Origin: Vitrella brassicaformis CCMP3155
Taxonomy: Eukaryota > Protista > Chromerida
DNA length: 64,000 bases
Assembly: GCA_001179505.1 (NCBI GenBank)
Contig: CDMY01000170.1
Coordinates: forward strand, 1-64,000
Reading direction: 5' to 3'
The notes below the pieces were generated by a model that saw only the letters and a list, made by a program, of their open reading frames with translations, was not told the DNA's origin and ran no database searches. The position numbers were made by a program, and so were the translations under genes. Shown one piece after another: positions 25,062 through 38,230 of the stretch (the first letter of the stretch is position 1; each line of letters opens with the position of its first letter).

Positions 25062-28060
25062 TCACACATCGGCCCACCCCGCCGTCTCTCGTCTGTTGGC
25101 ACGGATCGCCTCATTGAGTGTCGGGATGAGCCATGCGTCGCTGCCCATTCTCTGCCACGCTGCCCCCGCTGCCCGCGGACTGCCGGTGACACCCTTCCCA
25201 TCCCCCTGAGGCTCCTCGGTGCTCCAGAGGTGGATGTGTGCTCCAGGCCATATCCCGGTGCTCATGTAGATATGCGCCGCAAACGCGTCGCTGGCATTCT
25301 CGCCAGAGATGATGACACATCGAGATGTGGTCCCACGGTTGAACATGGTGCAGCCCCACGGTGGGGTCCATTGGGTGACGAGCTGACGGATTCGGGAGGC
25401 CGCAGCAGAACATGACGGATACTCGACACGTGCCACACAATGCGACCCCTGGCCGATCATCCTGAAAGTGGTAAGGACAAACACGATTGAAGGTGAGCCC
25501 TGGCTGCTGCTGTGGTGTGGTCTTCGCATACTCAGCAGCCACCACGCTGCGAAATGTCCCCGACAGATGCTGATCGTTATCTGGGTCATGATGCTGACCT
25601 ACACACAAGTAGTGCACAACGTGTAAAGGCCTGTGCTGGTTTTCCGTCTTAGCTCACATGTGCGGCTGCAGCCAGGGTCGGCTGCAGAGGCGCTGTCCCC
25701 GACTCCGTAGTATAGCACTAGCTTGTGGTTGCCGAGCCAGTAGTTGGGCCACGACGTGAGCTCCATGGCCCTGCCGAGTCGACGGCTGAACAACGAATAC
25801 TGCCTCATGCTCGCCGCCTGGCTCTCGAGGTCCAGGGAAAGCACATCCCTCCAATCGAGCTGGATGGGCAGTGACTCGAGCCGGCCGCAGCGCATCGCCA
25901 GGCAGATCAGCCGCACGCTGCCCGCCCAGTCGCCGCCATTCGCCAACGCCTCACGCAGACGGATCAGCTGACGGGGACTGCTCGATCTGAGCGGCTCATA
26001 TGCGATCACGCCCGTGAGGCCCTTCTGGTGGATGAGGTCGTCGATGGCTGACGTCAGTGCGGCCTTGTCCACGACCACGTCCAACTGCAGACAGAAACCA
26101 TGAAAAGGATATCGCTCACCCACATACAGCTGTGGTGTCGCCCTGCATTCGGTACGCTTTTGGCTGACCTGATAGACCTCTAGTCTTCGTGCAATGAAGC
26201 CCTGTTGCTCGTGAGTTCGTGGCAGTGGCCCGGGAAGCATCTGGCTGATACCGTGAATATCTGCCCACCCCCAGCACCAGATGACCTCCAGAAGCGTCCA
26301 CCTTCGCTCGGGCCCCACCTACGCTCGCACCAGTCATCTCGATGAAGGTTCCAGGTGCCGATTGAGATGTGTGGGGGCCCGCCAAGGTCCTGAGCTGGCC
26401 GTCGGTGTGGAAGGCTGTGACGTGGCCACTGTCTTCCAAGCTGTCTTCCTCCATGACGAAGACGAGACCACAAGCCTTGCCCACCTGCTGCGGCAGCCTA
26501 TCACAAGACCAGCCGTGTGCATCGCTTCTGAAAGAATACAGACAGACACAAAGACGCGCATTAGAGAGAGACGGATGGATTGATGGATGGCCCGCTGCTT
26601 GGGTGCCTCATCTGCCTGTCTATCTATCTTGCCTCATTCACTCACTCACGTGAAGAGGCGGCGCAGGTGGTAGTTGTGTTGGTAGGTGATGGTGCGGGCG
26701 AGGGCGTCCATGTCGTCACGGGAGAGTATCTGTGGGTACGCCGTCGAGCAGGCCATACACACCGCACTCGTACAGCAGGTCGTCCATCTTGTCACTTGTG
26801 GTCGTCGGCGGGGCCACTCGGGTGCCGGCAGGGAGGACGCGAAGGCGACGGGCACAGTCCACGATCCTGCAACACACGAACACGCACACAATACACAGAC
26901 AAAAGACAAAGGTGTCCGGATGGTGTGTGTATTGTGTTACTCGGTGAAGTGGTCCGCTGACTCAGCCGCTACTGGTCCACGATACCTGAGGAGAACGATC
27001 AAGGCAGACTCGATCTCCCAGAGTGTGTGGGTCCGCGTGCCCCTCCTTACGTATCGAATCGGTTGCACAGCGCGGTGGTCGTGTTCTGCAGAGTCGACTG
27101 GGTGGTGCTGATAACCCTGGTGGGCTGCCCATTGGCCCCCGCCACTCGTACGGAGCTAATCGACTCGGTACCGTCACTGGGCCGCAGGAAGGGAGCGATC
27201 ACCTGACACACACATACACGCACACATACACGCACACATACACGCACTCTCACCCACACATACATGCATTGACCTTCCCCTCCCCTCTGCCACTCTCACT
27301 TTGATGCCGCGGAGTGTGCGATAGTAGAGGGCCTTCTTGGCCGCCCTCTCACGCGACAGCTGAGCTTCCTTGGCGGCGAACTCCTCCACGAACGTCTGCA
27401 TGGCACCCAGGAGGCCGCTGAGGTGCGGCGGAAGCCACTGGGCCTGCACGGACGGCCGACGGGTGACGAGCTGGTTGTGTGCCGCCTCGACATCTGGTGT
27501 AGGTGTAGGGGGCGATAGCAAGAACTGAATCCAATCACAGGTGCCACCTGCTCACACACGCACACACACACATGGAACAAGCACGATGATGCAGACCAAT
27601 GCATGTGGTCGCGTCCCACCCCAGCCCATCCCTGACCCCACTCACCGTTGTAGAGTCCGCTCGCTGCCTCCCGTTTTAGCAGCGCCACACCCGCCGCCCC
27701 GTCACGCACCTCGCTGAGAATGGTCTCGAAGGCTCCCGGGTCCACATCCAAGAACACCCGGTTGTCGTCGTCCCTCGCGAAGCGGCCGTCCCACCTGCCC
27801 GAGAACAACGAGGCCATGACCGTGCCAGGCGCCAGTGTGAGGTGCCTTCTGGCGGCAGTGAGCGGCCGGCCGCCCACGTTGAGCTCCAGCAGGTCGTCGC
27901 CGGAGGCTGCCGACTCGTCAGACGCACCATGAGATCTCAGCAGCTCGTCCAGGTCGTAGGAAGCGGCGATTTCTTTCTCATCAGCTGCGAGGGCCTCGAA
28001 GGCTGCCTCGATTTGCGTCTGAAAGCGGGCAGCGGCTTGCGGGGCGGTGAACAGATCCAT
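25062..28060 (-). CDS. BTB-BTB-TLDc protein fused C-terminally to the lineage-family domain also seen in the F-box-like genes; apparent +1 frameshift near 26740
   Basis: BTB: LLELNVGGRPLTAARRHLTLAPGTVMASLFSGRWDGRFARDDDNRVFLDVDP. Second BTB ends LLYECGVYGLLD. TLDc-like: YPQILSRDDMDAL..LRRLFTSDAHGW..GLVFVM and GFIARRLEVYQV. Family domain: SAIDDLIHQKGLTGVIAYE..GGDW..LPI..YSLFSRRL and YPS..WGC..CVIISGENASDAFAA..STEEP..SPRAA. The frame switches at CTC GAC GGC GTA CCC. Confidence 0.7.
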
Positions 28061-28331
28061 AACTGCACTCACTGCATGTCGGCCCAAGCAACCTGCAGCC
28101 ACGGAAATGAGAAGAGTCAGTCAATGCATTCACACATTCGTCAGCCAGGCATCACGCACCTGTTCGACGCGCGGTGTCAGTCAGAAACTGCCAGTCTGCT
28201 GCCGCCCTCAGCTAAAGAAGGAGTCGGTCGGCTGAGCCGGGCGGGTGCTTCGCCCAAATGGATGAGGGCTGCTGCGGGGGGGTGCTTGGCTGCTGCTGAA
28301 AGTAGATGCGTGGATTGCTTCTCTCTTTTAT

Positions 28332-28341
28332 GCGAGCTCGC
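28332..28341. promoter_or_regulatory. Palindromic GCGAGCTCGC in the divergent promoter between the BTB fusion gene and PDI
   Basis: One of eleven GCGAGCT/AGCTCGC instances found upstream of gene starts in this window. Confidence 0.45.
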
Positions 28342-28457
28342 ATGTGCCGAGGTTGAAGAACGGGAACGGGCTTTTGCAGGTCTTGCCGCCCGGGACACCC
28401 ACTGCTGCCGGCTGCCGTGTGCCTGACAGACTCTGCTTTTCAGGCGCAGATCTGAAG

Positions 28458-31301
28458 ATGCACAGCAGCGCCCTGTGGCTGCTGCCGGTGCTGCTGGGGC
28501 TGCTCGGCGCCTCTCTCACACGTGGTCAGTTCAACACAAGCATAACACACACAAGAAGCACACATATGGCTGTATTTGTATCTGTGTGCTTGATGTGTGT
28601 GATCAGGTGAGGTCCACGTGTTGACGTCAGAGAACTTCACTTCCTTCGTCGAGGGCAATGACAGAGTGCTGGCGGAGTTCTATGCGCCATGGTGCGTGTG
28701 CGTGAGTGCGTCCACACCCATACGTGTCGGAGGCCACACCTGTTGTGTGTGTGTGTGTGTGTGTGTTGCGGATCTGGTGCAGGTGTGGTCACTGCAAGGC
28801 GCTTGAGCCCGAGTACACCAAAGCGGCCGACATGCTCACAGACAAGGGAGCCGTCACCAAACTCGCCAAGGTCAGCCACCACACGGCGTCCAGCGCATAC
28901 GCACTATGAACTGCTGGATACTCACATGGCGCAGATCGACGCCACCGAGCAGAGGGATTTGGCTGAGACCTATGGCGTGAAGGGGTACCCGACGCTGCGG
29001 TACTTCGACAGCCGCGATGCTGACATGCACATCGATTACTCGGGGCCGCGGGATGCTCAGGGTACGTGCCAATCAGCGGCTGCCTGCATGGACATTCTCA
29101 TGCAATGTGTGTATGCGTGTGGCCCTTCAGGCATTGTGAGCTGGCTGACGAAGCGGGAGGTGCCATCGCTTACCGTCCTCGACACCGAAGAGGTACACAT
29201 GACGCAACCCATGAGCCCTCGAGCACCTGAACAGATACGCTTGGGGCATTTGTATGTGCAAACACGCACAGGCCGCCTTGGCGTGGGCTAAGAAGCGCGA
29301 CTACGCCATCGTGGCTTACGGCCTTAGGAAGGGCGGCAAGAAATCAAAGATGGTGCAGCAGATAGCTGAGGACCTTCTGGACAACGACGAAGACTTTGCC
29401 ATCGTGTATGGGGCCACCAAGGTGCGTGGGTCGATGAACACGTCAACACATGCACCACACAGCTCTCCACGTGTGTGTGTGTGCATGTGTGTGTATGCAG
29501 GATGCCCCCCATAGGCTGATGTTCTACCGCAGTCGGTCTAAGTTCCCCTCTCAACACGACGCAACGGGTGAGTGTGCGTGCGTGTCTGTCGTGCACACGA
29601 GCGCAATCACGCGTATGGGTGCATTGCATTTGTGGGCAGAGATCACCTACAAGGGCAGCTGGTCTCGCGAGTCGATAGAGGACTGGATCGCCGAACACAA
29701 ATACCCTTTCATCAGAGACGAAGTCAACACTGGTACGCATAAACACGTGTGCCTGTTGTGTGTGGGTGGGCATCCGGCTGTCCGTGTGTGTGCAGAGATG
29801 TATCTCCAGCAGAACCAGAGGAGGTCAGCTGTCATCGTCTCACAAGGTCAGCATTCCACCGACGCACTGACCTGACCGAGTGTATGTGTAGAACCGTGTG
29901 TGTGATGTGTGCCCGCGTGTGTGCGGCAGTTGACACCGACCGCGCGGACTCCTACCACATGCTGGAGCCGATCATCAAGAAATACAGGGGGAAGGTGAGC
30001 GATGATCTGCAGATCAGATATGCCCATTCACCGCGTGTGTATGGGATGAATACTCACCTGTCGGGGTCGGCTGTGTATGTGTGTGTCTGGTCAGCTCTAC
30101 TTCACCTACATGGACCCATCCCAGTGAGCGGATCAGATGCACACACGCCGATATGTCGTCTGAACACCTTGATGCACACTGATGCCATCAGTGTCCAGGG
30201 TCCCCATTTGGGTCTGAAGGGGGCGCCGAAAGAAGAGATACTCATCCTGGACAGATCCAAAGTCAAGGTACGCACACTCACAGACGGGGACTCAAGGTGT
30301 ACCTGTGTGGGTGCGGGTGACTGTCTGTGTGTGTGTGTGTATGTGTGTGTGTGCACAGGACATTGAGAAAGACGCTGCGGTTAAGTACCGGCTGGAGGGG
30401 CCATTTACCGAGAAAAAGATCGAGTACAGACCACACACACACACCTGCACACATCTACGTGTTCATTCTGGCAGGGGCTTCTTCGGCAAGTGGGAGAAGG
30501 GCAAGCTGAAGGCCTTCAAGCGGAGCGCACCCATCCCTGAAAGCGAATACGACGGAAACGTGCGGGTGCGTGCGTCAACACTGACACACACACGTGCACA
30601 TGCACTTACACGTGTGTGGGTGGGTATGGTGCAGGTGTTGGTGGGCGACACGTGGGAGTCGGTCGTCATGGATAAAGACAAAGATGTCTTCGTCGAGTAC
30701 TACGCCCCATGGTGAGGAGTGTGACAGCCCGGCCAGCCACACATGGATGACTGTGCTCAGGTGTGGCCACTGCAAGGCGTTGGCGCCCACATGGGAGAAA
30801 CTCGCCGAACAAATACACAAGAAATACAAGGTCTGGACCTGCACACGCACAACACCAGACACATCGGTGCGTATGTGTGTTGAGGAGCCTGTGCCGTGTG
30901 TGCAGACGGTTGTGATAGCGAAGCTTGACGCGACGGCCAACGACACTGGCGACGACGTCAAGGGCTTCCCCACACTCTACTTCTACCCCGCTGGTATGTG
31001 TGCCTGCGTACACACACACACACACACACGTGTCTGCACACGTGTTTGTTGTGTGTATGTGTGTGTGGCTGTGCGCAGGCAAGAACAAGATGCGACGGAG
31101 GATCGCATACAATGGTGCGTGGCGTGCGTCACACAGCTACAAACCACACACGCACACCCGCAGACAGACGGACAGACAGAAAGGCACTGTGCGGACATTT
31201 CTATGTGTGCAGGTGGGCGTGAATTGGAGGCTTTGTTAGATTTCGTGGAGGACAACGCCGAGAGCATCGAAGAAGACAGAGAAGAGAAAGACGAGCTCTG
31301 A
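28458..31301 (+). CDS. PDI: Protein disulfide isomerase (a-b-b'-a'), ER-resident
   Basis: Signal peptide [21 protein letters not shown]. Two YAPW|CGHC active sites, each rebuilt across an intron (28692-28782 and 30712-30760). Motifs [36 protein letters not shown]-terminal EEKDEL and TGA at 31299-31301. Confidence 0.95.
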
Positions 31302-31881
31302 CGACCGACGCGACGCGCCACCCAACCACACACCCACTGTCGATACCCACACACATCACATCCACCTTTTCACCCTGGTTAAGGTCGGTTGACGGACGAA
31401 AGGTAGGTCTGTTCATAGAGGTGACTGACTGCGTGTGCGTGTGCGTGTGCGTGTGCGTGTGTAATTCGTTGGGTGGAGTTGGATAACCTGTCTCCCTCTC
31501 TCACCTGACCTGATGTAATTAGCTGTCTGTCTTTGTGTCTGTGCGTGTGTGTGTGAGTGCCAGTAGAGGGGCGGGCTCGTGTGTGTGGGGACTCTCGTGT
31601 GCGTGCTGTTGGTTATTTATCTGCGTGTGCTGCGAGTGCATGTGTGTATGTATGTGCAGAGCGACACTGCTGCTGCCGCATAGTCGTCATGTCATCCATG
31701 CGTTCGTTATACGCTAAATGATGTCCGTGGGTGGGTGGGTGTTGTCACGGTTCGGTTGCTGGCAAACGAAAATGTCAACCATCTCACCACACCACACCAC
31801 AGAGATCGCCACACCTCAGCTACTCATGAGCACCAGAAAAGACGAAAGAAACCCATAGGGCTCCCCCCTGCCCCACTCAAC

Positions 31882-33880
31882 TCATGCAAGGCTATAGACT
31901 TCCATTTCATCGAGCTCAAAGTGGAAACCCAATACAGACACGGGACGAAACAAACCCAGCAGACACTCGACAGTATGTCCTTGCCAACTGGCCGGGCTGG
32001 CCCGACACTCGACAGTTGGTCGCTGCCAACTGGCCCAGTGGTCAGGCTCACTGCCTTCAACTGCGAAGCCCTGGCACTTGTTGAGCAGTGTGTCCATGGC
32101 TGCCTTGGGGACGCCACCCTGGGGGATGCCGATGTCCATCCCCGGCGGAGCCAGCAGGCAGGACAGATTTGTCGGCGCATTGGTCATGTCCAAGGTCTCT
32201 GTCTTCTCCTCAATCCCAGCCAGATGAATCGTCTTGAAGCGGGCATAAGGACCGACGTAGGGGCAGTTCGCCGTGCCCTCGAGCTTGTAGCTGAAGACAA
32301 GCGTAGGTGGCATGGTTTTCTGCGGTCCTGACACGTCGATCCTGCCATCAACGACCACAGCAAACAGCTCGCCACTGAAGGGCACAACACACTTCAGTAC
32401 TCTGCCTGTGTTGTGCGTGCCCATTCCGCCGTCTGTCTGTCTGTCTGTTTGTCTGTCTACCTGTCTTTGACCCGCATGATTATGATCAACGGTTTTTGGC
32501 CCCTGACGGCATCGACAAAGTCCAGCCAACGCCACCCATCAACCGACGCCCTGCAAACAAACGGTCAGTGCAATACAGTCGTCCAAACTCCTGCTCTCTT
32601 GGCTGGCAACTTCAGTCACTTGTAGATGCGCTCGATCGGCTCGCCCACATGAGACGGCAACACGGGCAGGGCGAAAGGCGCCCCGGGATGTCCCCATTTC
32701 TGTTTCTGTCTCCATTCCTTGATGTTGTGCAGGTGCTGGCTCTTGAGCAGGCCGTCAGTCGGGCCGAGGTACCGATCGGCGCCGATGCCGAAGACGTCGA
32801 GCGCCCGACGGAATTGAGAAGCACTGACATCGCCCATTGCCTCCCGCACGTCAGCTGATGTGATGGTCCGGCGCTCCTGGTGGGCTCGCACAGCGACGTC
32901 GACGACACGGCGGACGCAGTCGAGGCCAAAGTCAATGGAGCCGTTGTAACTGAACCACAGCAACAGCAGACCACCATATGAGTGCCGGCGGATGGCGTCC
33001 ACCAGTGCCGTTGTGCTCTCGCCGAGTGAATCGTCCGTAGAATGTGCTGTCCTCTCCGCCTAACGACTTGGCCGCCGCGTGGGTGACCGTCACAGTGCAG
33101 CCAGTCGACTCATCGATGGAAACCAGCTGAACAGACATCCGTCCGAGACGATAGAGATGGAAGCCTTTCCATCGCTCTCTTTGTATGTGCACCTGATCGT
33201 CATCTGTGTTGCCTCTCTTGAGGAATGGTTTGACAGCGTCCAGGCGGGCCAGCTCATGTGCCTTGGCCTCCTCAATGTGCCGAACGGTGACGGCCAAATC
33301 TGACACCAGACGCGAAGCCACACTGCCGTCAGCTGCTGCAGTGGCGGTGCTGCTGGTGCTGATATCTTGGTCGGCCGATGGGTCGTAGAGGAGAGTGTGC
33401 ACCCAATACCTGACCACACACACACACGCGTGCGCCGAATCGAGCACAATCCGACCGCAGGGGGGCTCGTGTGATGGATCACTCCCTCACTTGTATGGGA
33501 GATCTGTCTGTTTCGCCGCCGGCAAATCGATGACGTCGACGTCGCCCAGCTCGTAGTGACGCAGCTGCTCAACCAACCTGACACAAACAACACAACGTAA
33601 CACAAACAACACTGCAAACGTGACCACACTCCCTACGTCTGTCCTTCGTGTGAAGAGCTGACCATCTGAAGGCCGGTGGGTACGCTGGAAGGAAAATGCG
33701 ATCGGTCGAGTCGCGGACGACCGCACCGTCGAAGCAGCCGCCAAACAGCGAGGCCAGGACAGATCCCTTCTTGACACACAGAGTGGACCGCCTTACGCCG
33801 CGAAAGACCTCGCCGCTGACATTGAGGTATAGCTTGTCCGTGGCCATCTGGTCGGCCGACAACTCTGTGAAGTCCGCCAT
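31882..33880 (-). CDS. BTB/POZ-BTB-TLDc domain protein (copy 2, inverted paralogue of 1-2046)
   Basis: MADFTELSADQMATDKLYLNVSGEVFRGVRRSTL. Same exon layout as copy 1, intact TLDc frame, ends FELDEMEVYSLA*. A coiled-coil-like ORF starting at 33993 is in another frame, so the true start is uncertain. Confidence 0.78.
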
Positions 33881-34039
33881 GCCGCCCACTCTGTGATGCG
33901 CTGGCGGACCTCGGCCTCGGCTCTGCAGATCTCCTCATTGATCAATGCCTTCTGCTGCCGCCCTGCAGCGGCGTGGCGCCTCAGATCCGCCATCTGAGCT
34001 AGTCTCTACATCCTTTTGATTCCCTCCTTCGCCTTCGTT

Positions 34040-34055
34040 GCGAGCTTCAGCTCGC
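34040..34055. promoter_or_regulatory. Inverted pair GCGAGCT-TC-AGCTCGC in the divergent promoter between BTB copy 2 and the F-box-like gene
   Basis: Same motif arranged as a spaced palindrome. Confidence 0.45.
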
Positions 34056-34337
34056 AGAGGCATATATGAGATTCATTCGCGTCTCCTATGAACGCATGAA
34101 AATGCATCCATGGAAACGATTAGAAGCGAATTGTGATGCCGAAAGATGCATGAAGAGCTCCGTTAGGCCCCGAGGAATCGGTCTCACCCATAGCTTTGCA
34201 CAACGATGGATGGCAACGCCACTCAGGTGAGAGAACGAGCAGCCTGCAGGCCAAGCAAATCGCGTGAATCACGGCGTGAATCATCGTGTGTGCTGTCTGT
34301 CTGCGTGTGATTGTGTTGTCCTTCGCTTTGGTGCAGA

Positions 34338-36188
34338 TGAGTGAAATGGCAACGAGGGATCAGCTGCTCAAACAGATTCAGACCTATCAGACCAATCAGA
34401 CGAGGGTATCTGACCGACACACTCACTCAGTCACTCATTCAGTGCATCCACCGCTCATCGGTTGACTGCTCGTGTTGTTTGTGTGTGGTGTGGTGTGCAG
34501 GTCAACAATGGCATCGGCCGACTCACTCAGATGGACGCCGCTGCGATCACACCACTGGTGCGGCAGGCTGGCAACCAGCACACTGACAACCGCTCACAAC
34601 AACACAAAGGCCTCCCTCTGTGTCATGGTGCTCTCGTCGTGTTGATTCATTCGTCAGATGGTGGCCAAGGTGAGTCGTCAATTTGCTGCTGTGTCCGAGC
34701 TGCTGGCCGAGTTGGCAGAGACCATCAACTCGACCATCGCACTCACAAGACATAGCCGCACACAGGTCAGAGAGGGAGTGACCACAGGCAGGCACAAACA
34801 CAAGGCCCTCACTGATGTGGTATGCTCCTCTTATGTGCTGTGTGTGTGCATGTCCTTCTGTCTGTGTGTCATCAGGCCCAGCGGTTGTACATCTCTGACA
34901 TTCCCGCCAACCCCATGAGCATCATCCTGTCACTGTCTGCCCTCACCACCATCGCCCACCTCAAGGCGACAGCCCGACCCATCAGAAATGCCCTGCGGCC
35001 CATCGTCCGCAATATTCGGCTGCCGGAGGCCATCGAGGTGGCGGGGGTGGGCGGTGTGGTGCAGTTCGACGATCAGCTGAGCCACGGCGATGTGATGAAG
35101 GCCATGTGGGTGGTGGAGGAGGGGGGCGAGGGCGGCTGGGGGGAGGTGGCCGACACACTCAGATTCGGTGAGCATTTGGGCTATTGCCAGCTGCCGGTTA
35201 CTGTGGGTGCCGGAGATCTGCAGACACACCCCACCAAGGCGGTAAGCACCACACACAGAAGAGGCAATGGGTGAGCTGCTGGAAGTCTCTGTGTGTGTTG
35301 GGTGTGAGACTACTCATCGCTGCCCCGTTTCTGTGCGCTGTGGATGGTCGTCGGCCGCCGTGTGGCCCTCCGTCGCCCAAATGGCCAGCAAGACGGCACA
35401 CTGCAGCTGTTCCGCCATAACCATGAGATTCGCGCCATCCGCAACGAGCCCAACTTCGCCATCGTCATCAACCCGCCCCTCCCCCTCCCCAACCGCCGCG
35501 TCCATTCCTTCTCGCGCCACCCCTTCCAGCAGCACGCCAAGCCCCACGACCCGCCCGTCAGCAGCCGCATTCTGTGGGATGGTGGTGTGGGCTGGACGCC
35601 TGGTGGTGTGAACGACGGGGGCGTTTTCTCATCGGCGAGTTGCCTGCTGAAGAAGCTGATGCTGACTCACCGGATGCTGGCTGTGAGCGACATCTCCTAT
35701 TCGCCACCAGTGGCGGTAGACCGGTAAGTGGATGAAGAGGGCAGGTCGCTCGTTGTCCCTTTCATACATGTATCTGTGTGTCAGGAGTGTTCGTGGTCAT
35801 CTGAATCGTATGCTGACCCGACCGCCTCACACGCCCCTTGACGACTGCTCACACATGATGGCATCCGAGGCGGTCAGTGGGGGGTGTGGGCAGTCGCATG
35901 TGCTGACGTCATCGGACGACTCGTTCGTCGCCTGGATTGCCTTCCGCACCCTTCAAGGCGACAACCAGAACGGTATGCTTACACGTAAGAGAACAGCAAC
36001 TCGACAACACCTGTTGTGCCGTCCGTTGTCTGCGTGCAGTAGAGGTCAGCATCCGTACCACCGAGGCGCCAGCAGCAGGTGTGGCCAATGATGCGCCCTT
36101 TGCCCAGCAATTCCCACGGACGGCCGCCAAGGCCCGCCGCGTCCTCGGGCCGATCGCCGCCATCGTCCTCGACGGCCAGGCACCGTAG
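34338..36188 (+). CDS. Coiled-coil + F-box-like + lineage-family domain protein (one acceptor near 35308 is out of phase, possible pseudogene)
   Basis: Spliced exons: MSEMATRDQLLKQIQ; LYISDIPANPMSIILSLSALTTIAHLKATAR (F-box-like); LPEAIEVAGVGGVVQFD..VMKAMWVVEEGGEGGW..LPVTVGAGDL; HPFQQHAKPHDPPV; FVAWIAF; IRTTEAP..QQFPRTAAKARRVL..*. These match the 49-57 kb genes. Confidence 0.6.
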
Positions 36189-36500
36189 ACAGAAGGTGAG
36201 GGCCACACACGACAGTCGGCTGACGTCTGTCTGTGGTCTACCTGTGTGTTGTTTGCGTTGGTCTGAGTTCTGCAGGCGAACTGAATCGCCCCATCAGATC
36301 GATATAGAGGTTTGGTTGGTTGGCTGGCTGTCGGTTCAGTCGTGCGCATCTCTGTTGGCTGTGTCGGATGGAAGAGGGCCAATGAGAATGGGATGATTCG
36401 TGAGTGCGTCCGTGTCTTGACAGCATGCATGAGCGTGCACGTGATTCAAGACAGAGGCACTTGATTAATTCGGACACGAAATAATCGATCCCCTACAGAA

Positions 36501-37946
36501 TCATCTCCTGGCTGACGCGAATACAAAACGCAGCGCACTAGACACCCTGTCCACCATCCCATTCATAACAACCCCCGATTTTCTAACGACAGTGACAAGC
36601 CGAAAGGCCTCATCTCTCCACACAATCGAGACATGAAACCGATCCGCCTCTTCTCTTATAGCCTGTCGCACCTGCTGCTGCAGATCGGCGTAGCTGACTT
36701 GAGAAATACCATAGCCCCGGCGAGAAAGATAGCCGTTGAGCAGACGACTGACGCGGTTTCTGAGCGGCTGCTCGCCAATGGGGAGGGAGACGTCGGCGAG
36801 GAACAGCGCGACTTGCTGCGTGACCTCATTCGGAAGGTCCCTGCCGACCAGTGCATAGCAGTGCGCAGGAAGAGAGATGTCTAGCAAGGCGGCAAATGTC
36901 TTGACGGCAATGCTGAGTTGCACAGGCAGGTCGTCACGCAGATACTCAGCGTATGCGCCGAGCAGCCGCCGGTTAGTTTCTCCCCGCTGGCAATTGTCGG
37001 GTCTCACTGCCGCCGCCGAGAGCGATGCCCCGCTGCGGAAGAGCAGCCGAAGCACAGCCGGGGAGCACCCATTGCAAGCGGCAAGATATACAGGGGCTCT
37101 CGCACAGGGAAGCCGCCGGTTGACAATGCGCTGTCCGGCCTTGTGGATGAGAAACGCGACAAGCTCCAGCTGGTCGGAGGGATCGTCGAGCGGCCAAATG
37201 CAGAACCAGGTCAGGGCAGATTCAAGTGGCTGCACGACATGACCCTCCCGGCTCCGGAAAAAAGTCTCCGTGATAAGCCCCACTCCGCCGATCTTCACCA
37301 GTTTCTTCACCATCGCCAGCTTCTCAGCAGACGACACTCGTCCGTGACGGGCATGACACGCCACGGTCTCCAGCAGAGACTGTCCTGTGAGCTCCACCCT
37401 AAGATGCCCCTTGGCGACCTGTCCCAGCAGCAGGTTTGCCACGTCATAACGGCCAAGCTCAATCACCGCGTGGATAGGATTTGCTACTCCGACCCGCTGA
37501 TAGTCCAGATGGGCGCCCCTCTCGAGAAGCATGCTGATGATGGCCACCGTGTCATCCGTCCAATGCCGCCAGATGGCCAAGAGAACGAGGGTGTAGGATG
37601 ACGCGACCGCTCCCTGGCCGAGCAGCTCCGCGGCTCGCTCCTTGGTCAAAGTGCCGTCAGCAAGACCGCCGGCGAGCTCACGAGTGGCGGCATTGGCGTG
37701 AGGAGGGAGGCAGAGGGAGGGGCTGACGTATGGGAAAGTGGCGGGACGTTGGATGGCACCGTCAGGGGTAGAGGGACGAGAGCGAGAGCACAGGCCTGGT
37801 GGATAACATGACACGCACCGACACGCGGAGACAGCAAACATCATTGTATTGCCGGATCCCGGTGCCAACATTAGGCTGTGCGGTTCACCTCCCATGGTGA
37901 CGTGATCTCTCCGCCTCAGCACAAAAGAAAACAGCGCCTGTGTCAC
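36501..37946 (-). CDS. Ankyrin-repeat protein (long single ORF; true 5' end uncertain)
   Basis: 481-aa ORF with ankyrin-like motifs IISMLLERGAHLD, NPIHAVIELGRYDVANLLL and APVYLAACNGCSPAVLRLLFRSGASL. Confidence 0.75.
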   Translation of the reverse strand: MTQALFSFVLRRRDHVTMGGEPHSLMLAPGSGNTMMFAVSACRCVSCYPPGLCSRSRPSTPDGAIQRPATFPYVSPSLCLPPHANAATRELAGGLADGTLTKERAAELLGQGAVASSYTLVLLAIWRHWTDDTVAIISMLLERGAHLDYQRVGVANPIHAVIELGRYDVANLLLGQVAKGHLRVELTGQSLLETVACHARHGRVSSAEKLAMVKKLVKIGGVGLITETFFRSREGHVVQPLESALTWFCIWPLDDPSDQLELVAFLIHKAGQRIVNRRLPCARAPVYLAACNGCSPAVLRLLFRSGASLSAAAVRPDNCQRGETNRRLLGAYAEYLRDDLPVQLSIAVKTFAALLDISLPAHCYALVGRDLPNEVTQQVALFLADVSLPIGEQPLRNRVSRLLNGYLSRRGYGISQVSYADLQQQVRQAIREEADRFHVSIVWRDEAFRLVTVVRKSGVVMNGMVDRVSSALRFVFASARR

Positions 37947-37984
37947 ACGGAAGGCAGCAGATGAGTGTCCACCACTCTTAATAT

Positions 37985-38230
37985 GCGGCTGTGTGTGTGC
38001 TGGCAGTCACACACGTGGCCATGCTCACTTTGAGTAGGGGAGGTGGTTGAGTCGGCGAAATAGCGCCCCGAGCATAACATTGCATCCGCTGTCATCGATG
38101 ACGCCTGCAGACACACACACATCACACTGATCCATTTTGTCCATTCCAGTGCGTCGATCTTTACCTGTGTGCTGCCACGCATCATGGCGATGAATCATCA
38201 ACGAGCTGGACGCCCTCTCCATCCCAGATC
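37985..38230 (-). repeat. Inverted dispersed copy of exon 1, intron 1 and exon 2 of the TMEM184-like gene (45470-45720)
   Basis: Near-identical translations MERASSSL(M/T)IHRHDAWQHT|G and VIDDSGCNVMLGALFRRLNHLPYSK, with the same splice sites at both loci. Confidence 0.9.
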
